From Mycobacterium tuberculosis H37Rv (lineage in GTDB: Bacteria > Actinomycetota > Actinomycetes > Mycobacteriales > Mycobacteriaceae), in assembly GCF_000195955.2 (NCBI RefSeq), contig NC_000962.3, positions 1,950,001-1,982,000 of the forward strand: a stretch of 32,000 bases of DNA, read 5' to 3'. Position 1 is the stretch's first letter. The number at the start of each line of letters is the position of its first letter. Of the stretch, positions 17,918 through 27,968 are shown piece after piece. Under the pieces are notes generated by a model. The model was not told where the DNA came from. It did no database searches and saw nothing but the letters and a program-made list of their open reading frames with translations. Both the position numbers and the translations under genes were made by a program.

Positions 17918-18165
17918 TGGTGATCGATACCTCTGCGCTGGTCGCGATGCTCAACGATGAACCCGAGGCGCAACGGTTCGAGATAGCCGTGGCAGCAGAC
18001 CACGTTTGGCTGATGTCGACGGCGTCATATCCGGAGATGGCGACCGTGATCGAAACACGCTTCGGGGAACCGGGGGGACGTGAACCCAAGGTCAGCGGCC
18101 AGCCTCTCCTCTATAAGGGTGACGATTTCGCATGTATCGATATTCGCGCGGTTCTCGCCGGCTGA
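17917..18165 (+). CDS. vapC34: VapC-family PIN toxin, internally shortened (82 aa)
   Basis: '[76 protein letters not shown]'. N- and C-terminal PIN motifs present, middle absent. Confidence 0.85.
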   Translation: MVIDTSALVAMLNDEPEAQRFEIAVAADHVWLMSTASYPEMATVIETRFGEPGGREPKVSGQPLLYKGDDFACIDIRAVLAG

Positions 18166-18172
18166 GCCGGCG

Positions 18173-18910
18173 ATGAGCGCCCTGCTGGATGGGGTGTTGG
18201 ACGCCCACGGCGGGCTGCAGCGATGGCGCGCCGCGGAAACGGTTCATGGGCGGGTACGCACGGGAGGGCTGTTGCTTCGAACCCGGGTGCCGGGCAACCG
18301 CTTCGCGGACTACCGCATCACGGTGCATGTCCAACAGGCCCGGACGGTCTTGGATCCGTTCCCGCGTGACGGGTACCGCGGAGTCTTCGAGAGCGGGCAG
18401 GTGCGGATCGAAAGCCACGATGGCGCGGTCATCAGCTCGCGCGCGCACCCGCGAGCGGCGTTCTTCGGACGCTCGGGCCTGCGCCGGAACATCCGGTGGG
18501 ACCCGCTGGACTCGGTCTATTTCGCCGGTTACGCGATGTGGAACTACCTCACCACGCCGTACCTGTTGACGCGCGAAGGCGTGGCGGTCGAGGAGGGAGC
18601 GCCCTGGCAGCAGGAGGGCGAGACCTGGCGGCGCCTGATTGTGAGCTTCCCGCCGGATATCGACACCCACTCGCCTCGCCAGACCTTTTACGTCGATGCC
18701 AGCGGTCTCTTGCGCCGCCACGACTACGTCCCGGAGGTCGTTGGCCACTGGGCACGGGCAGCTCATTATTGCGCCGACCCCGTGGATGTCGACGGGTTTG
18801 TATTCCCGACTTGCCGGTGGGTCCACCCGATCGGCCCGGGGAATCGCTCACTGCCCTTCCCAACTCTGGTATCGATCCTGCTGACCGACATCCGGGTCGA
18901 GACCGATTAG
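18173..18910 (+). CDS. Conserved hypothetical protein (Rv1742-like)
   Basis: 245 aa from 'MSALLDGVLDAHGGLQRWRAAETVHGRVRTGGLLLR', ending 'LPFPTLVSILLTDIRVETD'. Confidence 0.85.
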   Translation: MSALLDGVLDAHGGLQRWRAAETVHGRVRTGGLLLRTRVPGNRFADYRITVHVQQARTVLDPFPRDGYRGVFESGQVRIESHDGAVISSRAHPRAAFFGRSGLRRNIRWDPLDSVYFAGYAMWNYLTTPYLLTREGVAVEEGAPWQQEGETWRRLIVSFPPDIDTHSPRQTFYVDASGLLRRHDYVPEVVGHWARAAHYCADPVDVDGFVFPTCRWVHPIGPGNRSLPFPTLVSILLTDIRVETD

Positions 18911-19003
18911 GTTTCGCCGGAAGTCGCCGCACCTCGCGGTTGCTGAAACCATTAGCCTTATGCCTGTCACACCACCGCGGTTGGCGGGGTGAGGAGTCGG
19001 GCG

Positions 19004-20704
19004 ATGGATGGCACCGCGGAATCGCGGGAGGGTACGCAGTTCGGGCCGTATCGGTTGCGGCGGTTGGTGGGTCGCGGCGGCATGGGCGACGTCTATGAGG
19101 CCGAAGACACGGTGCGCGAGCGGATCGTGGCACTAAAGCTGATGTCGGAGACGCTCTCCAGCGATCCGGTCTTCCGCACGCGTATGCAGCGCGAGGCCCG
19201 CACCGCGGGGCGCCTGCAGGAACCGCACGTCGTGCCGATTCACGACTTCGGTGAGATCGACGGGCAGCTCTACGTGGACATGCGCCTGATCAACGGCGTG
19301 GATCTGGCCGCGATGCTGAGACGCCAGGGGCCGCTGGCCCCACCGCGAGCGGTCGCGATCGTGCGCCAGATCGGCTCGGCGCTCGACGCCGCGCACGCTG
19401 CCGGGGCAACGCATCGCGACGTCAAACCGGAGAACATTCTGGTTAGCGCGGATGACTTCGCCTATCTTGTCGATTTCGGGATCGCCAGCGCCACCACCGA
19501 CGAAAAGCTGACCCAGCTCGGCAACACGGTGGGCACCCTCTACTACATGGCGCCAGAGCGGTTCAGCGAGTCGCACGCAACTTACCGCGCCGACATTTAT
19601 GCGTTGACCTGCGTGTTGTATGAGTGCTTGACCGGATCACCGCCGTATCAGGGAGACCAGCTCAGCGTGATGGGCGCGCACATCAACCAGGCGATCCCGC
19701 GGCCCAGCACGGTACGGCCGGGTATTCCGGTCGCCTTCGATGCGGTGATCGCCCGTGGCATGGCCAAAAATCCGGAGGACCGCTATGTCACCTGCGGTGA
19801 TCTGTCAGCGGCGGCGCACGCAGCCCTGGCCACCGCGGATCAGGATCGTGCCACCGACATCTTGCGGCGCAGCCAGGTGGCCAAGCTGCCGGTGCCATCG
19901 ACTCACCCGGTGTCACCGGGTACCCGGTGGCCGCAGCCGACGCCATGGGCTGGCGGGGCGCCGCCATGGGGGCCACCGTCGTCTCCGCTGCCCCGGTCAG
20001 CCCGCCAGCCCTGGTTGTGGGTTGGTGTTGCCGTCGCCGTCGTGGTGGCGCTGGCGGGCGGCCTGGGTATCGCGCTTGCCCATCCGTGGCGGTCATCTGG
20101 ACCCCGCACGTCGGCACCGCCGCCACCGCCGCCCGCAGATGCGGTCGAGCTCCGCGTTCTCAACGACGGTGTCTTTGTGGGTAGCTCGGTGGCGCCGACA
20201 ACGATCGACATTTTCAACGAACCCATCTGTCCACCCTGCGGCAGTTTCATCAGGTCGTATGCGAGCGATATCGATACCGCGGTGGCCGACAAGCAGCTGG
20301 CGGTGCGCTACCACCTGCTCAACTTCCTCGACGACCAGTCGCACAGCAAGAACTATTCGACGCGAGCGGTGGCCGCCTCGTACTGTGTAGCGGGGCAAAA
20401 CGACCCGAAACTCTACGCCAGCTTCTACTCCGCCCTATTCGGCAGCGACTTTCAGCCGCAAGAGAACGCCGCATCGGATCGCACCGATGCCGAACTGGCA
20501 CATCTTGCTCAAACAGTCGGCGCCGAGCCCACGGCGATCAGCTGTATCAAGTCAGGAGCTGATCTGGGCACCGCCCAAACGAAGGCCACAAACGCCAGCG
20601 AGACGCTGGCCGGCTTCAATGCCAGCGGTACGCCGTTCGTGTGGGACGGCAGCATGGTCGTGAACTATCAGGATCCGAGCTGGCTCGCGAGGCTGATCGG
20701 GTAG
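19004..20704 (+). CDS. pknE: Serine/threonine protein kinase with a transmembrane helix and extracytoplasmic DsbA/DsbG-like domain
   Basis: 566 aa; 'YRLRRLVGRGGMGDVYEAEDT', 'HRDVKPENILVS', TM 'LWVGVAVAVVVALAGGLGIALA', C-terminal 'IDIFNEPICPPCGSFIRSYASDI' with CPPC. Confidence 0.96.
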   Translation: MDGTAESREGTQFGPYRLRRLVGRGGMGDVYEAEDTVRERIVALKLMSETLSSDPVFRTRMQREARTAGRLQEPHVVPIHDFGEIDGQLYVDMRLINGVDLAAMLRRQGPLAPPRAVAIVRQIGSALDAAHAAGATHRDVKPENILVSADDFAYLVDFGIASATTDEKLTQLGNTVGTLYYMAPERFSESHATYRADIYALTCVLYECLTGSPPYQGDQLSVMGAHINQAIPRPSTVRPGIPVAFDAVIARGMAKNPEDRYVTCGDLSAAAHAALATADQDRATDILRRSQVAKLPVPSTHPVSPGTRWPQPTPWAGGAPPWGPPSSPLPRSARQPWLWVGVAVAVVVALAGGLGIALAHPWRSSGPRTSAPPPPPPADAVELRVLNDGVFVGSSVAPTTIDIFNEPICPPCGSFIRSYASDIDTAVADKQLAVRYHLLNFLDDQSHSKNYSTRAVAASYCVAGQNDPKLYASFYSALFGSDFQPQENAASDRTDAELAHLAQTVGAEPTAISCIKSGADLGTAQTKATNASETLAGFNASGTPFVWDGSMVVNYQDPSWLARLIG

Positions 20705-20988
20705 CGCGGGTGGTGTGGCCTCGTCCCGGACAATTCCGCTTGCTCTCGCAGCATGTCCGCAGCGGTGCGCGGTTGTGACGGTGAATTCACGATGCTCGCC
20801 GTTGATGTCGGCAGGTACCACCGCGGTGTGGCTTGCGTCGCGGACGGTGCGGTCAGATTCGGCGATGGTCCCGAGGGCGGCAGCTACTATGCCAACGACA
20901 GGCGCCCACAAATATCCTGCGGTTGAGTTGCAGACCGGGTGGGTCGTTCACCGATCCACTGTAGGGCCGGTGACTCAGAACGTGGCCG

Positions 20989-22048
<1,060 letters not shown>

Positions 22049-22137
22049 CTACCGGAGAGTCACTTGTCGCGTGCGGAGTTCCACGATTCTCGTCGAGTGT
22101 CGCAAGCCCTGCCCTCCTGGCGGGCTACGATGCCGCC

Positions 22138-23568
22138 ATGCCGCTCGCGGAAGGTTCGACGTTCGCCGGCTTCACCATCGTCCGGCAGTTGGGATCCGGC
22201 GGGATGGGCGAGGTGTACCTGGCCCGGCATCCCAGACTGCCCCGCCAGGACGCGCTCAAGGTACTGCGGGCCGATGTGTCAGCCGACGGCGAATACCGGG
22301 CACGGTTCAACCGCGAAGCCGATGCCGCGGCGTCGCTGTGGCATCCACACATCGTCGCCGTCCACGACCGCGGCGAGTTCGACGGCCAGCTCTGGATCGA
22401 CATGGACTTCGTCGACGGCACCGACACCGTATCCCTTCTCAGGGATCGTTATCCGAACGGGATGCCCGGCCCCGAGGTCACCGAGATCATCACTGCGGTG
22501 GCCGAAGCGCTCGACTATGCCCACGAACGTCGGCTGTTGCACCGCGACGTCAAACCCGCCAACATCCTGATCGCCAATCCTGATTCACCTGATCGTCGAA
22601 TCATGTTGGCCGACTTCGGGATCGCCGGCTGGGTCGATGATCCAAGCGGATTGACCGCCACAAACATGACTGTGGGCACCGTGTCATACGCGGCTCCGGA
22701 ACAGCTTATGGGCAACGAGCTCGATGGACGGGCCGACCAATACGCACTAGCCGCGACGGCGTTTCACTTGCTGACCGGCTCCCCGCCCTTTCAGCACGCC
22801 AACCCCGCCGTGGTGATCAGCCAGCATCTCAGCGCGTCACCCCCGGCGATCGGCGATCGGGTTCCCGAGCTGACACCGCTGGACCCGGTCTTCGCCAAAG
22901 CGCTGGCCAAGCAACCCAAGGACCGTTACCAGCGGTGTGTCGACTTCGCGCGCGCACTCGGCCATCGTCTGGGCGGCGCGGGTGATCCTGACGACACGCG
23001 GGTGTCGCAACCGGTCGCCGTGGCCGCGCCCGCGAAACGCTCGCTGCTGCGGACCGCCGTCATCGTCCCCGCGGTGCTGGCGATGCTGCTGGTGATGGCC
23101 GTCGCGGTCGCCGTGCGGGAGTTCCAGCGTGCTGACGACGAGCGTGCAGCGCAGCCTGCGCGGACGCGGACCACCACATCGGCCGGCACGACCACTTCGG
23201 TAGCCCCCGCGAGCACAACGCGCCCGGCCCCCACGACCCCGACCACGACTGGCGCCGCCGACACCGCGACTGCATCGCCGACCGCTGCGGTTGTCGCCAT
23301 CGGCGCCCTCTGCTTCCCGCTCGGCAGCACCGGCACCACCAAGACCGGGGCGACGGCCTACTGCTCGACGCTGCAAGGCACCAACACCACCATCTGGTCG
23401 CTGACCGAGGACACCGTGGCCAGTCCGACTGTGACCGCCACTGCTGACCCGACGGAGGCGCCGCTGCCCATCGAGCAGGAATCGCCGATTCGAGTGTGCA
23501 TGCAGCAGACCGGCCAGACCCGACGGGAATGTCGCGAGGAGATTCGCAGAAGCAACGGCTGGCCGTGA
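22138..23568 (+). CDS. pknF: Transmembrane serine/threonine protein kinase
   Basis: 476 aa from '[32 protein letters not shown]'; '[14 protein letters not shown]', 'LADFGIAG', TM segment '[20 protein letters not shown]'. Confidence 0.95.
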
Positions 23569-23629
23569 TGGTCGGCTTGCCTGACCGGGTGCACCCGCCC
23601 CGGCGTCGGCTGCGGTCCCGATACAGTTG

Positions 23630-26227
23630 GTGCCGATGAGCCAACCAGCCGCCCCGCCCGTGTTGACCGTGCGGTATGAGGGATCGGAGCGCACGTTCGC
23701 CGCAGGACACGATGTCGTCGTCGGGCGTGACCTGCGCGCGGATGTCCGCGTCGCACACCCCCTGATCTCCCGGGCACACCTGCTGCTGCGATTCGACCAG
23801 GGTCGCTGGGTCGCCATTGACAATGGCAGCCTCAATGGGCTCTACCTCAATAACCGTCGGGTGCCAGTCGTGGACATCTACGATGCCCAGCGAGTCCATA
23901 TCGGAAACCCCGACGGTCCGGCGCTGGACTTCGAAGTGGGCCGCCACCGGGGTTCGGCCGGGCGACCACCCCAGACGACGTCGATACGCCTGCCCAACCT
24001 GTCCGCGGGAGCGTGGCCCACCGACGGCCCGCCGCAGACCGGCACGCTCGGCTCCGGCCAGCTACAACAGCTTCCACCGGCCACCACCCGGATACCCGCC
24101 GCTCCGCCATCGGGACCACAGCCGCGATACCCCACCGGTGGGCAACAGTTGTGGCCACCCAGCGGACCGCAACGGGCGCCGCAGATTTACCGGCCACCCA
24201 CGGCCGCACCGCCGCCGGCGGGTGCCCGCGGCGGAACTGAGGCGGGAAACCTCGCGACATCGATGATGAAGATCCTGCGGCCAGGCAGGTTGACGGGGGA
24301 GTTGCCGCCCGGTGCCGTCAGGATCGGCCGGGCGAACGACAACGACATCGTCATTCCCGAGGTGTTGGCCTCACGTCACCACGCCACCCTGGTCCCGACG
24401 CCTGGCGGCACGGAGATTCGGGACAACCGCAGCATCAATGGCACCTTCGTCAACGGCGCCCGGGTCGACGCGGCGCTGCTGCACGACGGCGACGTCGTGA
24501 CCATCGGCAACATCGACCTCGTCTTCGCCGACGGCACCCTGGCGCGCCGTGAAGAGAACCTGCTGGAGACCCGCGTCGGCGGCCTCGACGTGCGCGGGGT
24601 GACCTGGACCATCGATGGCGACAAGACACTGCTGGACGGCATCTCGTTGACGGCGCGCCCCGGTATGCTCACCGCCGTCATCGGTCCGTCGGGCGCTGGC
24701 AAGTCGACACTTGCCCGGTTGGTGGCTGGGTATACGCACCCGACGGATGGCACGGTGACGTTCGAGGGCCACAACGTTCACGCCGAATATGCCTCGCTGC
24801 GCAGCAGGATCGGCATGGTGCCACAGGACGACGTGGTGCACGGTCAGCTGACCGTGAAACACGCGCTGATGTATGCCGCCGAACTACGGCTGCCGCCGGA
24901 CACCACCAAAGATGACCGCACCCAGGTAGTTGCCCGGGTGCTCGAAGAACTCGAGATGTCCAAGCACATCGACACCAGGGTCGACAAGCTGTCGGGTGGT
25001 CAACGCAAGCGGGCGTCGGTGGCGCTTGAGCTGTTGACCGGGCCGTCACTGCTGATCCTCGACGAGCCGACATCCGGCCTAGATCCTGCGCTGGACCGGC
25101 AGGTCATGACCATGCTGCGGCAGTTGGCCGACGCCGGTCGGGTGGTGCTCGTGGTTACCCACTCACTGACCTACCTGGACGTCTGTGACCAGGTTCTGCT
25201 GTTGGCCCCCGGCGGCAAGACCGCGTTCTGTGGGCCACCGACTCAGATTGGTCCGGTCATGGGGACCACGAACTGGGCCGACATCTTCAGCACCGTCGCC
25301 GACGACCCAGACGCGGCCAAAGCCCGCTACCTGGCGCGGACGGGTCCGACCCCACCACCGCCACCGGTCGAGCAACCCGCCGAACTGGGCGATCCGGCCC
25401 ATACCAGCTTGTTTCGGCAGTTCTCCACGATCGCGCGGCGACAGTTGCGATTGATCGTTTCCGACCGAGGTTACTTCGTCTTTCTGGCGCTGTTGCCGTT
25501 CATCATGGGTGCGCTGTCCATGTCGGTACCGGGCGACGTGGGCTTCGGGTTTCCCAACCCGATGGGTGACGCGCCCAACGAGCCCGGCCAGATCCTAGTG
25601 TTGCTGAATGTCGGTGCGGTCTTCATGGGGACCGCGCTGACCATTCGTGACCTCATCGGTGAGCGAGCCATCTTCCGGCGCGAACAGGCAGTCGGCCTGT
25701 CCACTACCGCCTACCTGATCGCGAAGGTCTGTGTCTACACCGTGCTCGCGGTGGTTCAGTCGGCGATTGTGACGGTGATCGTCCTGGTCGGCAAGGGCGG
25801 TCCGACTCAGGGTGCCGTAGCGTTGAGCAAGCCAGATCTGGAGCTGTTCGTTGATGTCGCGGTGACCTGTGTCGCCTCGGCGATGCTCGGATTGGCGCTG
25901 TCGGCGATCGCCAAGTCCAACGAACAGATCATGCCCCTGCTGGTCGTGGCGGTCATGTCGCAGCTGGTGTTCTCCGGAGGCATGATTCCGGTCACCGGAC
26001 GTGTTCCCCTTGACCAGATGTCCTGGGTCACACCGGCGAGATGGGGTTTCGCGGCGTCGGCCGCTACGGTCGACCTGATCAAATTGGTGCCCGGTCCGCT
26101 GACCCCGAAGGATTCGCATTGGCATCACACCGCCAGCGCGTGGTGGTTCGACATGGCCATGCTGGTAGCGCTCAGCGTTATCTACGTCGGCTTTGTGCGC
26201 TGGAAGATTCGCCTCAAGGCGTGCTAG
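23630..26227 (+). CDS. ABC transporter with two N-terminal FHA domains, fused ATPase and permease (Rv1747-like)
   Basis: About 865 aa; FHA motifs 'VVGRDLRADVRVAHPLISRAHLLL' and 'RIGRANDNDIVIPEVLASRHHATL'; Walker A 'IGPSGAGKSTL', 'LSGGQRKRASVALELLTGPSLLILDEPTSGLD', ABC2-like TM domain. Start could be GTG 23630 or ATG 23636. Confidence 0.95.
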   Translation: MPMSQPAAPPVLTVRYEGSERTFAAGHDVVVGRDLRADVRVAHPLISRAHLLLRFDQGRWVAIDNGSLNGLYLNNRRVPVVDIYDAQRVHIGNPDGPALDFEVGRHRGSAGRPPQTTSIRLPNLSAGAWPTDGPPQTGTLGSGQLQQLPPATTRIPAAPPSGPQPRYPTGGQQLWPPSGPQRAPQIYRPPTAAPPPAGARGGTEAGNLATSMMKILRPGRLTGELPPGAVRIGRANDNDIVIPEVLASRHHATLVPTPGGTEIRDNRSINGTFVNGARVDAALLHDGDVVTIGNIDLVFADGTLARREENLLETRVGGLDVRGVTWTIDGDKTLLDGISLTARPGMLTAVIGPSGAGKSTLARLVAGYTHPTDGTVTFEGHNVHAEYASLRSRIGMVPQDDVVHGQLTVKHALMYAAELRLPPDTTKDDRTQVVARVLEELEMSKHIDTRVDKLSGGQRKRASVALELLTGPSLLILDEPTSGLDPALDRQVMTMLRQLADAGRVVLVVTHSLTYLDVCDQVLLLAPGGKTAFCGPPTQIGPVMGTTNWADIFSTVADDPDAAKARYLARTGPTPPPPPVEQPAELGDPAHTSLFRQFSTIARRQLRLIVSDRGYFVFLALLPFIMGALSMSVPGDVGFGFPNPMGDAPNEPGQILVLLNVGAVFMGTALTIRDLIGERAIFRREQAVGLSTTAYLIAKVCVYTVLAVVQSAIVTVIVLVGKGGPTQGAVALSKPDLELFVDVAVTCVASAMLGLALSAIAKSNEQIMPLLVVAVMSQLVFSGGMIPVTGRVPLDQMSWVTPARWGFAASAATVDLIKLVPGPLTPKDSHWHHTASAWWFDMAMLVALSVIYVGFVRWKIRLKAC

Positions 26228-26266
26228 GCGGCAGTTCACTGCCCAACCCAGGTGGAATTAACGGGA

Positions 26267-26593
26267 ATGGCTGTCTCACTCACCGGCTCAACAGGTGGCC
26301 TTGGGCGCGCGACGCGACCGCACCCGCCGACCGTGACGTGCGACTGATTCTGAGCTAACGCACGCAGGGGGAACTCGAGCCCGGTGACCAGCTCGAGCGC
26401 GGCGCCGGGCGGGTGAGATCGACGTGTGGGTCGCCAACGCCGTGCTGCCAGCCTCCGGCAAGCTCGACAGCATCACCGCGGAGCCGGTTGGCCGCGCGCT
26501 GCGGGGACGGCGCGCTTGACGGCGAACGCGCCCGAGATCGCCCTCCTCGGCGTCGCCGACCAGGTCGCGGCCGGTCAGATTGACAAGCGGTGA
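26267..26593 (+). pseudogene. Short-chain dehydrogenase/reductase relic
   Basis: Three collinear fragments: 'MAVSLTGSTGGLGRATR' from 26267; 'RAGEIDVWVANAVLPASGKLDSITAEPVGRALRG' in another frame (about 26406-26507); 'APEIALLGVADQVAAGQIDKR*' ending at 26593. Confidence 0.65.
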
Positions 26594-26599
26594 AGCCGG

Positions 26600-27331
26600 T
26601 TGCCGGGTGGTGTCTGCTCCGGCCGACCCTGGGGCCGTCCATGGTGGCATCCTGGCCTGGTGGGGCTACTGATTCGGCTAGCCGAGTTGCTCGTTGTGAT
26701 GCTGCCGCTCATCGGAGTGCTATATGTCGGCATCAAAGCGCTGTCGTCCTTCACGCGGCGGCTAGGGGAGGCGTCTGGCGATCTTGCGTCGGATAGCCCC
26801 GCGATGCCACGCCCAACCACTGTCGAAAACGACGCAGCGCGGTGGCGGGCGATCACTCGCGCGGTCGAGGCGCACGAGCGAACGGATGCACGCTGGTTGG
26901 AATACGAGCTCGACGCCGCCAAGCTGCTCGACTTCCCGGTCATGACCGACATGCGGGACCCGCTCACGACGGCATTTCACAAGGCCAAGCTACAAGCCGA
27001 CTTTCACAAGCCGTTGCGGGCGGAAGATCTTCTCGACGACCCGGACGCCGCGGGCCACTATCTCGATGCGGTTCGGGACTATGTGACCGCGTTCGACACC
27101 GCGGAGGCCGAGGCGATGCGCAGACGCAGAACCGGCTTTTCCCGCGAGGAACAGCAGCGGCTGGCAAGAGCGCAAAGCCTGCTGCGGGTGGCATCCGACG
27201 CCGGCGCGACGGCCCAGGAACGCGAGCGCGCATATCGTTTGGCGCGCACCGAACTCGACGGACTCATCGTGTTGCCGGACCGTACGCGGGCCGGCATCGA
27301 GCGGGGGATCGCCGGCGAGCTCGATGACTAA
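26600..27331 (+). CDS. Hypothetical protein (Rv1748-like)
   Basis: 243-aa ORF with coherent Ala/Arg/Glu-rich helical C-terminus; 4-bp convergent overlap with the next gene. Confidence 0.75.
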   Translation: MPGGVCSGRPWGRPWWHPGLVGLLIRLAELLVVMLPLIGVLYVGIKALSSFTRRLGEASGDLASDSPAMPRPTTVENDAARWRAITRAVEAHERTDARWLEYELDAAKLLDFPVMTDMRDPLTTAFHKAKLQADFHKPLRAEDLLDDPDAAGHYLDAVRDYVTAFDTAEAEAMRRRRTGFSREEQQRLARAQSLLRVASDAGATAQERERAYRLARTELDGLIVLPDRTRAGIERGIAGELDD

Positions 27332-27885
27332 GGCTGACCTTTCGGCACCGCGTCGCCGTTGCTGTGCCACGACCACGCATAGAGCGCCCACATGACGATG
27401 GGTAGCAGGATGTCGGTCCACAGCGGGACGCCGATGTTGTATGGGTTGGTGTTGTTCTCCACCACCCAGTAGTAGATGTGGCCGGCCGCGTCTCCGACGT
27501 ACTGGATGGTGAGCACCACGATTGTCGCCAGCCAGAAGTGCCCGCGGAAGCGGTACGCCATCAGGCCGACCACCCCGATTGCCAGGTCGCCCATTGCGTT
27601 CTCCCATTGGAACCCGCCGTCGCCGCGCGTATAGCCGATCAACTCGGCGGTCCGCTCGCCGTCGAAGACGTGGTATCCCGCGCCGATGATCGATACCACG
27701 CCCACGATCAGCACCATCCACCACAGCATATGGATGTCCGCGGCTGGGCGGTGCCGGTGACGCCGGCTCTGCACGAACGCACCGATTAGCGCGACGATTA
27801 CCCCGACAATGGTGAACATTCCAACACCCTTCCCTAGCTTTAGGGTCCCGTCATGCTGTCGAATCTCATTGACCGCACGCAACAC
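27328..27885 (-). CDS. Multi-pass membrane protein (Rv1749c-like)
   Basis: 185 aa with several hydrophobic segments, e.g. 'VGMFTIVGVIVALIGAFV', 'MLWWMVLIVGVVSIIGAGYHVF'. Confidence 0.85.
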   Translation of the reverse strand: MLRAVNEIRQHDGTLKLGKGVGMFTIVGVIVALIGAFVQSRRHRHRPAADIHMLWWMVLIVGVVSIIGAGYHVFDGERTAELIGYTRGDGGFQWENAMGDLAIGVVGLMAYRFRGHFWLATIVVLTIQYVGDAAGHIYYWVVENNTNPYNIGVPLWTDILLPIVMWALYAWSWHSNGDAVPKGQP

Positions 27886-27968
27886 TAGCGGACGGGCTGG
27901 CGCTCACCGCTGTTGCGGGCGTCCCGAGAACGCCGGCCGAGTAATGGGGGAGCGGACCTTTCCGTACT

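Noticed and set aside
17705-18165. vapBC34 considered as a new defence system
   Set aside because: Standard VapBC pair, with an apparently truncated toxin and no associated effector genes.
20705-20988. Gap between pknE and the Rv1744c-like ORF examined for relic genes (ORFs 20552..20911 minus, 20715..21137 plus)
   Set aside because: Neither translation shows a family signature I can support, so this remains unassigned intergenic sequence.
23060-23947. 295-aa minus-strand ORF opposite pknF/Rv1747
   Set aside because: Antisense to strongly supported pknF and Rv1747 coding sequence, with Arg/Ser/Pro-biased translation.
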